This document shows, piece by piece, positions 8,452-15,543 of a stretch of 20,000 bases of DNA. The notes beneath the pieces are model-generated. The model was not told the origin of the DNA. It did not search any database and was given only the letters and a program-made list of their open reading frames with translations. The stretch is taken from the IMG/VR virus record IMGVR_UViG_3300044998_000523, one strand, 5' to 3'. Source of the stretch: an uncultured virus (IMG/VR IMGVR_UViG_3300044998_000523). Lineage: Duplodnaviria > Heunggongvirae > Uroviricota > Caudoviricetes. The translations under genes were made by a program, and so were the position numbers. Every line of letters starts with the position of its first letter. The stretch's first letter is position 1.

Positions 8452-9720
8452 ATGTCGGAAGGTCGGATCGTTGTCGTTGGTTTGGGTTACGTCGGGCTGC
8501 CGCTAGCTGTTGAGCTGGCTAAGAAATTTGAGGTCGTCGGCGTCGACAAGGACCCCACCCGGATATCCCAGCTTAAAGCGGGATATGATCGAACGGGAGA
8601 GATCAGATCAGACGATCTGATCTCAACTACAGCCGCCTGGGAGACGTCCCTATCGGGAGTCACGGGTACGTTTTATATCGTGGCGGTTCCCACGCCTGTC
8701 GATAAGCGTAACGATCCGGACTTCCGACCGCTTGATTCGGCCAGCAAGTGGGTGGGAGAGCGTCTGAAGAGCGGTGACGTCGTTGTTTATGAGTCGACGG
8801 TCTACCCGGGTGCCACCGAAGAGCGCTGCTTGCCGATCCTGCTGAAGGAATCGAAGCTACAACGCAAGGATATCGGTCTGGGTTATTCTCCCGAACGAAT
8901 CAATCCCGGAGACAAGGAACACACCCTGACTCGAGTGACGAAAGTCATCTCGGCTGATTCTCCCGAAACGATGGAGAGGGTCGCTTTCGTCTATTCGGTC
9001 GTCGCCCCCATTTTCGAAGCCAAGAGCATTAAGGCGGCGGAGGCTGCTAAGGTCATCGAAAACACGCAGAGGGATCTTAATATCGCTCTGATGAATGAAC
9101 TGTCCCTCATCTTTGAAAAGATGGACCTGCGGACGGAGGATGTCCTCGCCGCGGCCCGGACCAAGTGGAATTTTCTCGACTTCAAACCGGGTCTCGTCGG
9201 TGGGCACTGCATCGGAGTAGATCCTTACTATCTGACGTATAAGGCTCGCGAGATGGGTCATCATCCTGAAGTCATCTTGTCGGGTCGTAGAGTCAATGAT
9301 TCGATGGCTAGCTGTGTCGCTCGAAAAACGGTGCAGCTTTTGCAAGGAGTCCCCAAGATTCAGCGCGGGTATCGTGTCCTCGTCCTCGGAGCGACCTTCA
9401 AAGAAAACTGCCCTGATACCCGCAATAGTAAGGTGCCTGATCTTGTTCGAGAGCTCGAGGCCTTAGGCGCGGCGGTCACCCTTGTCGATCCCTTTGCTCA
9501 TCCGGCCGAATTTTTCGAAGAATACGGAGTCGATGTCAGAAATGAGCTACCTGTATCGTCAAAATATGATGGAGTAATCCTGGCCGTGCCTCACAAGCAA
9601 TACCTTGATATCGTTTCGAAAATGGTTCCGACGTGGCTCACGGACTACTGTGTCTTGGTCGATGTCAAGAGCGTTCTAGACCCTCTCGACTATGTCAGGT
9701 ATACGTATTGGAGTCTATGA
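8452..9720 (+). CDS. UDP-N-acetyl-hexosamine dehydrogenase (TviB/WbpO/WecC family nucleotide-sugar dehydrogenase)
   Basis: GLGYVGLP Rossmann motif, ESTVYPG, YSPERINPGD, EAAKVIENTQRDLNIA, GGHCIGVDPYYL and FKENCPDTRNS. Confidence 0.95.
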   Translation: MSEGRIVVVGLGYVGLPLAVELAKKFEVVGVDKDPTRISQLKAGYDRTGEIRSDDLISTTAAWETSLSGVTGTFYIVAVPTPVDKRNDPDFRPLDSASKWVGERLKSGDVVVYESTVYPGATEERCLPILLKESKLQRKDIGLGYSPERINPGDKEHTLTRVTKVISADSPETMERVAFVYSVVAPIFEAKSIKAAEAAKVIENTQRDLNIALMNELSLIFEKMDLRTEDVLAAARTKWNFLDFKPGLVGGHCIGVDPYYLTYKAREMGHHPEVILSGRRVNDSMASCVARKTVQLLQGVPKIQRGYRVLVLGATFKENCPDTRNSKVPDLVRELEALGAAVTLVDPFAHPAEFFEEYGVDVRNELPVSSKYDGVILAVPHKQYLDIVSKMVPTWLTDYCVLVDVKSVLDPLDYVRYTYWSL

Positions 9721-9727
9721 GGTCCAC

Positions 9728-10501
9728 ATGAAGACTCCGAAGCTGGGTGGATGGCGGCCCGAAGCGCCAGATTCCGAAGATCATCTGCTAGCCGATCATC
9801 CCGCCAAGATGATTCTCAAAGAGAGTCCATCCAACGGCATCGTTGATCTACGTAAATGGTGCTCTCCTGTCGAAGATCAGAGGGATCTGGGATCGTGTGT
9901 CGGTAATGCCGTCGTTGGCGGTCTAGAGCTGCTACAGATTCGTAATGGACAGCCGCTCAAGGATCTGTCTCGTCTCTTCGTTTATTACAATTCCAGGCTG
10001 ATGCATCAACAGGCCGATGTCGACGAAGGCACGTATATCAGGTTGGCGATGGGCACTCTATCGGCTTTGGGTACATGTTCGGAGGCCAAGTGGCCGTATG
10101 ACACGTCCAAGGTCTTTTATCGACCCAGCTGGGGAGCCTATCGAGAGGCCTACGCTAATAAGATTCAGAGCTACTATCGTATCGACGGCACGGGCTCCTA
10201 TCGTCTGACTCTCATCAATAAGGCTTTGGAGGCGGGCAATCCTGTCGTCTTTGGCTGCATGGTCGACAATCATTTCATAAGCACAGGTGGCGACGGTAAG
10301 GTTTCTATGCCGCGGCCCGGGCGAGCAGTGCAGGGCAGTCACGCCATGCTCATCGTCGGTTATAAGGATTTCGGTCGAACATTGATCGTTCGCAACTCTT
10401 GGGGTACGGGTTGGGGAGATCACGGTTATTGTTACATCCCGGATACGTACCTCGATGCCACCGATGCCAACGATTTCTGGGTACCATTTCTTTCTATATA
10501 A
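9728..10501 (+). CDS. papain-like cysteine peptidase (family C1)
   Basis: VEDQRDLGSCVGNA (Gln/Cys), HAMLIVGY (His) and IVRNSWGTGWGDHGY (Asn). GAGGT SD before ATG 9728. Confidence 0.92.
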   Translation: MKTPKLGGWRPEAPDSEDHLLADHPAKMILKESPSNGIVDLRKWCSPVEDQRDLGSCVGNAVVGGLELLQIRNGQPLKDLSRLFVYYNSRLMHQQADVDEGTYIRLAMGTLSALGTCSEAKWPYDTSKVFYRPSWGAYREAYANKIQSYYRIDGTGSYRLTLINKALEAGNPVVFGCMVDNHFISTGGDGKVSMPRPGRAVQGSHAMLIVGYKDFGRTLIVRNSWGTGWGDHGYCYIPDTYLDATDANDFWVPFLSI

Positions 10502-11131
10502 AGAGATGATGCCAATCTTGGTTCAAGGCCTGCTTATCTGTGATTCGTTTTAGGTCTATATTTTGTTGTTTGCAAAATTCGTCTAAGAGTCTATCTCTAT
10601 CAAATTTTTGCGAATTCGTTCTTCAAGTTTGTCATAGGGTTGATCTAATCCGTGCCAATATGTTCCATCGACTTCAATGAATAAGTTTTGGCTTGGAATG
10701 TAAAGATCAATAGAGCAAAGCCCAAAAGGGGTTTGAAGATAATGCCATCTTTTAACTTCTCTAAATCGTTTTAGACATTCTTCATATACAAGATTTTCCG
10801 CGTTGGAAGTGAAATTTGCTTTTCCCTTTTTTAGTTTTGTTTCGTTAGCTTTTTGTCTGTTTTGCGGTTCATGAGCTATTGAGAGCGCTCTAAGACATTG
10901 GCCGCTTAATGCAGCGTTTTTTCCTGAGATCGGACCTCCAGCTTTTCCGCCCTTCGACGCTATAGCGGCGTTATGACATGGTTTACAACAATGTTTATTT
11001 GATGATAAGACTTTTTTGTTTCCTCTTCGAGACCATTCTTTGAGACATTTAGAGCTGACACCAAAATCACATTTAAATCGATAAAGCTTGTAAAGTCCTG
11101 CGTATTTTTCTTTTGATACACCAAGCAACAT
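10494..11131 (-). pseudogene. Vsr/DUF559-like PD-(D/E)XK endonuclease, frameshifted near the C-terminus
   Basis: SIDLYIPSQNLFIEVDGTYWHG motif. The in-frame stop is at 10583, but the -1 frame from the A run at 10605-10609 continues KFDRDRLLDEFCKQQNIDLKRITD to TAG 10494-10496, which is the expected family C-terminus. AT-rich and the only minus-strand gene. Confidence 0.75.
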
Positions 11132-11192
11132 GACTATTGGGTTCCCTATTGTATATCTATGCTAAATTCACTCTAGAATATTCGGAGATAGA

Positions 11193-11519
11193 ATGATGAA
11201 GAAGCTTGTATTGATGTGTCTCGCATTATTGGCGATGGCACCCGATTGCGGTCCTCCGACCGGTCCGACTCCGCCTCCCGTTCCTCCTCCGCCTGTTCCA
11301 CCCAATACCGAACAGTGCGTCGACGCATGCGCCAACTTGAAGAAACTCAAGTGTCCCGAGGCCGAACCGATCAAGATGTCAGACGGATCGGCTGTGACTT
11401 GCGAGCAATTCTGTCGTGATACGCAAGGACAGGGAGTCTATCTCAACCCGGCGTGTGTCGCGACCGTAACGACTTGCGGCGAAGTCGAAACGAAGTGTTA
11501 CGTGGGCAAGGCTCGCTAA
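11193..11519 (+). CDS. secreted/lipoprotein-like Cys- and Pro-rich protein
   Basis: Signal peptide MMKKLVLMCLALLAMAPDC, poly-Pro linker and 8 further Cys. SD GGAGA. Confidence 0.75.
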   Translation: MMKKLVLMCLALLAMAPDCGPPTGPTPPPVPPPPVPPNTEQCVDACANLKKLKCPEAEPIKMSDGSAVTCEQFCRDTQGQGVYLNPACVATVTTCGEVETKCYVGKAR

Positions 11520-11525
11520 AAAGCA

Positions 11526-11554
11526 TGTAATCCTGGTCCTCCTTAATATAGGAT
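11526..11554 (+). promoter_or_regulatory. putative phage promoter
   Basis: TGTAAT-N17-TAGGAT, the same layout as 2702-2730. Confidence 0.5.
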
Positions 11555-11560
11555 GGCACC

Positions 11561-11833
11561 ATGGACTTTGAGATCAAGTTTGGGACGGGGTCGGCCATCT
11601 TTGGGTTGTGCCTTGTCCTGGCCTTTCCCATTTACGCGATCGTGCAGGCTAGCCGTTATAATGACGAGGTGGATTACTGCTACATCCAGCAGCACTCCGA
11701 AGGAGCCCTTCCTTATTACACGGTCTACGGGCACCGACCCTGGCGCCAGGACGTGACGAAAGCCTCGTATCGGTCCTTGGAAGATGCAGTTTCGGCGACG
11801 AAAGAATTAAATTGCCCCCTCGAAAAAAAGTAG
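11561..11833 (+). CDS. hypothetical membrane protein
   Basis: N-terminal transmembrane segment SAIFGLCLVLAFPIYAIV, followed by a soluble domain. Confidence 0.7.
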   Translation: MDFEIKFGTGSAIFGLCLVLAFPIYAIVQASRYNDEVDYCYIQQHSEGALPYYTVYGHRPWRQDVTKASYRSLEDAVSATKELNCPLEKK

Positions 11834-11861
11834 TGTAAACGAGAAACCACTAAGATATAGT
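11833..11861 (+). promoter_or_regulatory. putative promoter of the tRNA island
   Basis: A-tract, then GTGTAAAC-N15-TATAGT. The motif recurs at 13981 and 14427. Confidence 0.6.
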
Positions 11862-11953
11862 ATAGACTACCAGCCATGCTGACCAAACGCACACAGCAAC
11901 GATTGCAAGGGACAAAGCGCACGCGCTAATGGCGCGCCTTTCCTCTTAGCTCT

Positions 11954-12026
11954 GCTGTCGTGATGTCAATGGCTAACATACCTCACTCGTAATGAGGTCA
12001 TCCGGGTTCGAATCCCGGCGACAGCT
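11954..12026 (+). tRNA. tRNA-Thr(CGT)
   Basis: GCTGTCG/CGACAGC acceptor, CCTCA-CTCGTAA-TGAGG anticodon arm, GGTTCGAATCC T arm. Confidence 0.92.
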
Positions 12027-12050
12027 CCGAATGATTCGATTCAATCTCAT

Positions 12051-12121
12051 TCAGGGGTCGTCTAACTGGTAGGACTCTTGGCTCTGAACCAAGCAATGGG
12101 GGTCGATTCCCTCGCCCTGAT
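12051..12121 (+). tRNA. tRNA-Gln(CTG)
   Basis: TCAGGG/CCCTGA acceptor and CTTGG-CTCTGAA-CCAAG arm. The T arm GGGGGTCGATTCCCTC is slightly aberrant. Confidence 0.8.
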
Positions 12122-12138
12122 CTAGGAAAGGTAAAGTC

Positions 12139-12396
12139 ATGATTTTCGCAAGATTGAAGGTCGGTGTCATGGATCCTAGTTCGAAAGAATTCGAGGAGAA
12201 TGATTCGTATGACCTCGAAGCCCACGAATCGGTCAATGGGTTGCTCGAGGCCAATCATTCTCACGAGGATGACGAGTGCAATCATGCCATCCTTGAGCTC
12301 GTCTTCCCGATGGGAGAAGTGACTCTTCTTTCTGTCAAGAAGATTCAAACTCGCAGCGCGCAGGGAAAGCTTAAGGTTCGCTGGCGTCTGACATAA
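12139..12396 (+). CDS. hypothetical protein
   Basis: 85 aa ORF with SD AAGG/AGGA that fills the gap between two tRNAs. Confidence 0.6.
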   Translation: MIFARLKVGVMDPSSKEFEENDSYDLEAHESVNGLLEANHSHEDDECNHAILELVFPMGEVTLLSVKKIQTRSAQGKLKVRWRLT

Positions 12397-12405
12397 TAGT
12401 TATTT

Positions 12406-12477
12406 TGGTCGTTCTTCCAACGGCTAGGAAAACCGGCTCCCGGGTAATGGGGGGTTCGAATCCCTCACGACCAACCA
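12406..12477 (+). tRNA. tRNA-like gene lacking most of the anticodon loop (undetermined)
   Basis: TGGTCGT/ACGACCA-A-CCA with normal D and T arms. The anticodon arm is CCGG-CTC-CCGG, a loop of only 3 nt. Confidence 0.7.
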
Positions 12478-12493
12478 AAGAAAAGAGATTATC

Positions 12494-12721
12494 ATGAGTC
12501 AAAAGACGACCGACCCGCCCATCGAATTGCTCGAGCAGCTTCTTTCTGCCACTCCCTTCGGAGAAAAGGTCAAGGTGCCCAATAAGCGATCCGAGCTGGT
12601 CGCTATGCGAGAGCGGCTCTTCATGATGGGTCGAGGCAACGGCCGCGATTTTGCTTATATCGATTCCCTGCTCGATTACGAGCGCCAAGGACGAATCGAA
12701 TTTCTTCCGGAGGATAGCTGA
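12494..12721 (+). CDS. hypothetical protein
   Basis: 75 aa ORF between a tRNA and the next ORF, with codon usage like its neighbours. Confidence 0.6.
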   Translation: MSQKTTDPPIELLEQLLSATPFGEKVKVPNKRSELVAMRERLFMMGRGNGRDFAYIDSLLDYERQGRIEFLPEDS

Positions 12722-12722
12722 A

Positions 12723-12878
12723 ATGGATCAAGAGACGATTAACAAGCTGGGATTGGCGACGAAGATCTTCGGAGCCGTCCTTTTTGTGGTCTGCGCAGGA
12801 GCCCTCGTCTGGTCACTCTTCAGACCCGCCGTAACGGAAGGCCCGATGCCTCCCGAGCCGGCTCCGATGCAACGATAA
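12723..12878 (+). CDS. small membrane protein
   Basis: MDQETINKLG... with SD GGAGG, one transmembrane segment (IFGAVLFVVCAGALVWSLF) and a Pro-rich tail. Confidence 0.65.
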   Translation: MDQETINKLGLATKIFGAVLFVVCAGALVWSLFRPAVTEGPMPPEPAPMQR

Positions 12879-12885
12879 TGAATTT

Positions 12886-12964
12886 CGGTCCGTGGTGTCA
12901 ACGGTATTAACATACTTGGCTCTTACCCAACGAGATGAGGGTTCGATTCCCTCCGAGCCCACCA
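12886..12964 (+). tRNA. tRNA-Lys(CTT), imperfect acceptor stem
   Basis: TTGG-CTCTTAC-CCAA arm, GAGGGTTCGATTCCCTC T arm and ACCA end. The acceptor stem has two mismatches. Confidence 0.7.
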
Positions 12965-12968
12965 CAAG

Positions 12969-13244
12969 ATGTTCAAAAGCAGCATATGCAAAATTTGCGG
13001 AAGAACGTTTCCTCATGGATATCGATGCCAATCATGCGGCCACGATACATGGATGAGAGATCCGATTCCGATCGAGATTGATCACATCGATAGAGATTCT
13101 AGAAACAATGAAAGAGAAAATCTCCGTTTGATTTGTCCTAATTGTCACGCGCAAACTGACACTTACAAGGGCCGAAACATCGGAAAGAATCCGGATACAA
13201 AGAGAGCAGAGACTCTCAAAAAGCATTATGGAAAGTATCGATAA
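12969..13244 (+). CDS. HNH endonuclease (short, possibly internally deleted)
   Basis: CQSC...IEIDHIDRDSRNNERENLRLICPNCHAQT, with an orphan N-terminal CKIC. Confidence 0.85.
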   Translation: MFKSSICKICGRTFPHGYRCQSCGHDTWMRDPIPIEIDHIDRDSRNNERENLRLICPNCHAQTDTYKGRNIGKNPDTKRAETLKKHYGKYR

Positions 13245-13522
13245 ATGAGAATTAGTCAACGAAATTGCGTTCTTGTCGAAGGCACGAATGGAGAAATGTA
13301 CATTCCTATCGATACCAACGAATCAACAGCGTTTTGCGTCAACCGAAAAGATATGCTTGATAAGGGCATTTTGAAAAGCAGACTCGCTCGCTCGAAATAA
13401 AGCCTCGAAATCGCTGCCTCTTCTTGAAAAAGAAAGGTATTCGAATCGAATCTATCAGACATGATTCTCGACGTCCGGTTAACCATCCCGATGGTCCGGT
13501 TTAGGTGAAATAACAGCAATTT

Positions 13523-13610
13523 GGACGCGTGAGAGTTAGTTGCGAATTTGGCACAGCACGCCTGCTCAAACCAGGTTCTTTTGTGGGTTCGAGTCCCACC
13601 GCGTCTACCA
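13523..13610 (+). tRNA. tRNA-Leu(CAA), atypical
   Basis: GGACGCG/CGCGTCT-A-CCA, GCCTG-CTCAAAC-CAGGT and a canonical T arm. About 10 extra nt lie between acceptor stem and D arm, and the variable region is short. Confidence 0.7.
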
Positions 13611-13619
13611 ACTCAAAAG

Positions 13620-13959
13620 ATGATCAAAAGCGAAATTTCCTTTCCTCAAGAGACTGTCGGAATCGGTCTCGAAGATCGATCATCCCAGCATCGATATCCA
13701 ACTCGTCGCTAACGAGGATGTATACGTCGAAAGCGACGCCTTCGAGCAGCTCTTAAAGCTGCGAGTCATCACTCCGATCTATCCCGAGTCCCCGCGCATC
13801 AAGTCACGTCGGGACATCATGACCTAGTATCGCAAGCGTGGCATGGAAAAGATGCCGTACGCTTACAAGGACATCGAGCCTGTCATCGATTCAGCCGAAG
13901 AGGCTCAGATTGCCAAGAAAGTGGTTCGTTTGGCTCCTCTGTGCATTGTCAAGGGCTAG
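13620..13959 (+). pseudogene. rtcB: RtcB RNA ligase remnant (large internal deletion, in-frame TAG, 5' frameshift)
   Basis: The frame from 13624 reads ...KIDHPSIDIQLVANEDVYVESDAFEQLLK|LRVITPIYPESPRIKSRRDIMT*YRKRGMEKMPYAYKDIEPVIDSAEEAQIAKKVVRLAPLCIVKG*. The PxAYKDI...V..L.P...KG* ending is the RtcB C-terminal signature. Confidence 0.85.
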
Positions 13960-13980
13960 GAGAAAAAAGTGACAGGGTGA

Positions 13981-14009
13981 GTGTAAACAGTCGACTACCA
14001 TGTTAGATT
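13981..14009 (+). promoter_or_regulatory. putative promoter
   Basis: A-tract, then GTGTAAAC-N15-TAGATT, about 20 nt upstream of tRNA-Glu. Confidence 0.6.
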
Positions 14010-14028
14010 TAGAATCCTAGTCAATCTG

Positions 14029-14103
14029 GCCCCCATCGACCACTGGCTAAGTCAGCTGGTTTTCACCCAGCAGAACCGGGATCGATACCCGGTGGGGTCA
14101 CCA
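14029..14103 (+). tRNA. tRNA-Glu(TTC)
   Basis: GCTGG-TTTTCAC-CCAGC arm, CCGGGATCGATACCCGG T arm and ACCA end. Confidence 0.88.
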
Positions 14104-14107
14104 GTTT

Positions 14108-14171
14108 GGTCCTGTCATGCTAACGGCTTAGGCGACTGCCCTCTCAAGGCAGGGATACGGGTTCGAATCCC
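14108..14171 (+). pseudogene. 3'-truncated tRNA-Glu(CTC)
   Basis: GGTCCTG 5' strand, D arm, CTGCC-CTCTCAA-GGCAG and ACGGGTTCGAATCCC, then unrelated sequence. No CAGGACC 3' strand follows. Confidence 0.75.
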
Positions 14172-14224
14172 TCCGCTATTAAGACACATGCACAAAGGAG
14201 AAGGAGTGAGACTAGAACCGCTCA

Positions 14225-14335
14225 ATGTGCAAGTTCTGCATGCTGGCTCAGCAGTTGTCGGGCCAACCGATGATGTGCAAGCCGTGCTGGCACAAGGCTT
14301 ATAAAAATCGTAAGCCGAAGAAGCGACAGAGTTGA
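14225..14335 (+). CDS. 36-aa CxxC..CxxC zinc-binding mini-protein (or remnant)
   Basis: MCKFCMLAQQLSGQPMMCKPCWHKAYKNRKPKKRQS*, ending just before a terminator. Confidence 0.45.
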   Translation: MCKFCMLAQQLSGQPMMCKPCWHKAYKNRKPKKRQS

Positions 14336-14340
14336 GTGAG

Positions 14341-14368
14341 AAGGACCCATTCGGGTCCTTTTCCTTTT
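14341..14368 (+). terminator. intrinsic terminator
   Basis: AAGGACCC-ATTC-GGGTCCTT hairpin followed by TTCCTTTT. Confidence 0.8.
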
Positions 14369-14426
14369 AATAGGAGCGGCTAGTTTTCAAGGCCTCCGAG
14401 CAAAAAAGAAAAAAGTGCTCGCGGAA

Positions 14427-14455
14427 GTGCAAACAGCCTGCAGATCTGGTATATC
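14427..14455 (+). promoter_or_regulatory. putative promoter
   Basis: A-tracts, then GTGCAAAC-N15-TATATC(T), directly after the terminator and upstream of a structured RNA. Confidence 0.5.
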
Positions 14456-14469
14456 TATAAAACACGACG

Positions 14470-14805
14470 AACTCAAGCGGTTCGGAGCAAGACAATGAAC
14501 TTCGTAGATTCACATAGCAGAATGGGGAGCCGAGATTCGGCGGACCTGTGCGTGTGGTCCGATGCTGTCCGCCCGAACGTCGCCGCCCTTATCAATCCCT
14601 TTCGGGGATGATAAGTCGCGGAGCCGGCCCGAATCCGGCAAAGAGTCACGAGTCCCCGATAGGGGACGGAAGCTTCATAAGATGTCGCTTCTTGGGTTTG
14701 TCGCCGCTCTAACGGAATACCGGATGAAGCGACTGGAGCGGATGCTTGAAGGCATCTGACGCCAACCAAGATGGAGATATGGGAATGACCGTATCTTCGA
14801 AAGCA
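14470..14805 (+). ncRNA. unclassified large structured RNA (~335 nt)
   Basis: No credible ORF. Many helices, including GTTCGG/CCGAAC, CTTATCA/TGATAAG, GTCCCC/GGGGAC, and the crossing pairs GTCGCTTC/GAAGCGAC and CCGCTCTA/TGGAGCGG. Ends are approximate. Confidence 0.6.
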
Positions 14806-14815
14806 CAATGTATTT

Positions 14816-14890
14816 GCCCGCGTAGTTCAGTGGATTTAGAACGCCTGTCTACGAAACAGGAGGTCGCAGGTTCGAGTCCTGCCGCGGGTA
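14816..14890 (+). tRNA. tRNA-Arg(ACG)
   Basis: Canonical cloverleaf with CCTGT-CTACGAA-ACAGG. Confidence 0.95.
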
Positions 14891-14929
14891 CTATTCTCCT
14901 TAATATACGTGCATACGCACGTTCAATTT

Positions 14930-15005
14930 GCCACCTAAGCTAATCTGGTGAAAGCGGCTGCCTGAAGAGCAGCAGAGCTCGGCTCGAAACCGAGAGGTGG
15001 CACCA
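14930..15005 (+). tRNA. tRNA-Phe(GAA)
   Basis: GCCACCT/AGGTGGC-A-CCA and GCTGC-CTGAAGA-GCAGC. Confidence 0.9.
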
Positions 15006-15076
15006 AACACGAAGTTTCGTCGATGAAACAAAGTGTTGTACAGGACATCCTACCTGGTTTAGGATGATCTTACTTT

Positions 15077-15153
15077 CAGCGTGTAGCTCAGCCTGGTATT
15101 AGAGCGCTACCTTGGGGTGGTAGAGGTCGCGGGTTCGAATCCCGCTTCGCTGA
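15077..15153 (+). tRNA. tRNA-Pro(GGG)
   Basis: CTACC-TTGGGGT-GGTAG with canonical D and T arms. One mismatch in the acceptor stem. Confidence 0.88.
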
Positions 15154-15155
15154 CT

Positions 15156-15463
15156 CGGTTGGTGGTCGTATCTGGTGGTCGAAACTTAACTCCCGCTCGG
15201 GGTAAGACACCGGCAACGGACACTGGTCGGATCTAACGTATCTAGGAAGCATAAAGCAGCGGCGAAGGGGATCAATGCAGTGGCCTATTCCTCTTCAAAG
15301 CATAACGCCGACACTAATCGGACCAGAGCTTGGGCGTTTGCGAGTAAAACCTCGCTCCGTCGCTAACGGTGAGATCGCTACTCACCTAGACGGATGGCTG
15401 AAGAATGCGACTTTGATAGGAAGGTAAAAGAGGTGGTTCTCTTTTCGGATCGATCATCAACCG
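15156..15463 (+). ncRNA. unclassified large structured RNA (308 nt)
   Basis: 13-bp terminal helix CGGTTGGTGGTCG/CGATCATCAACCG enclosing nested helices (CTGGTC/GACCAG, CGGCG/CGCCG, GCGAG/CTCGC, TCCGTC/GACGGA, GGTGAG/CTCACC, AAAAGAG/CTCTTTT). It fills the inter-tRNA gap almost exactly. Confidence 0.7.
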
Positions 15464-15467
15464 TAAC

Positions 15468-15542
15468 GGACGAGTAGCTCAGCAACAGAGCGACCGGATT
15501 TTAACCGGGAGGTCGGAGGTGTAAGTCCTCCCTCGTCCACCA
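15468..15542 (+). tRNA. tRNA-Lys(TTT), non-canonical elbow
   Basis: GGACGAG/CTCGTCC-A-CCA and CCGG-ATTTTAA-CCGG. The D loop lacks GG and the T loop is TGTAAGT. Confidence 0.75.
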
Positions 15543-15543
15543 T

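Noticed and set aside
13245..13510. Possible gene MRISQRNCVLVEG... after the HNH
   Set aside because: Only ~51 codons, with no motif and competing frames. It may be a decayed gene but cannot be supported.
13825..13827. TAG recoding (alternative genetic code) suggested by the in-frame TAG in rtcB
   Set aside because: Long genes are intact in code 11, TAG ends genes at natural termini (2689, 11833, 13959), and no clear CTA-anticodon tRNA is present.
15156..15463. RNase P RNA call
   Set aside because: The universally conserved P4 sequences were not found. Only one short junction-like resemblance.
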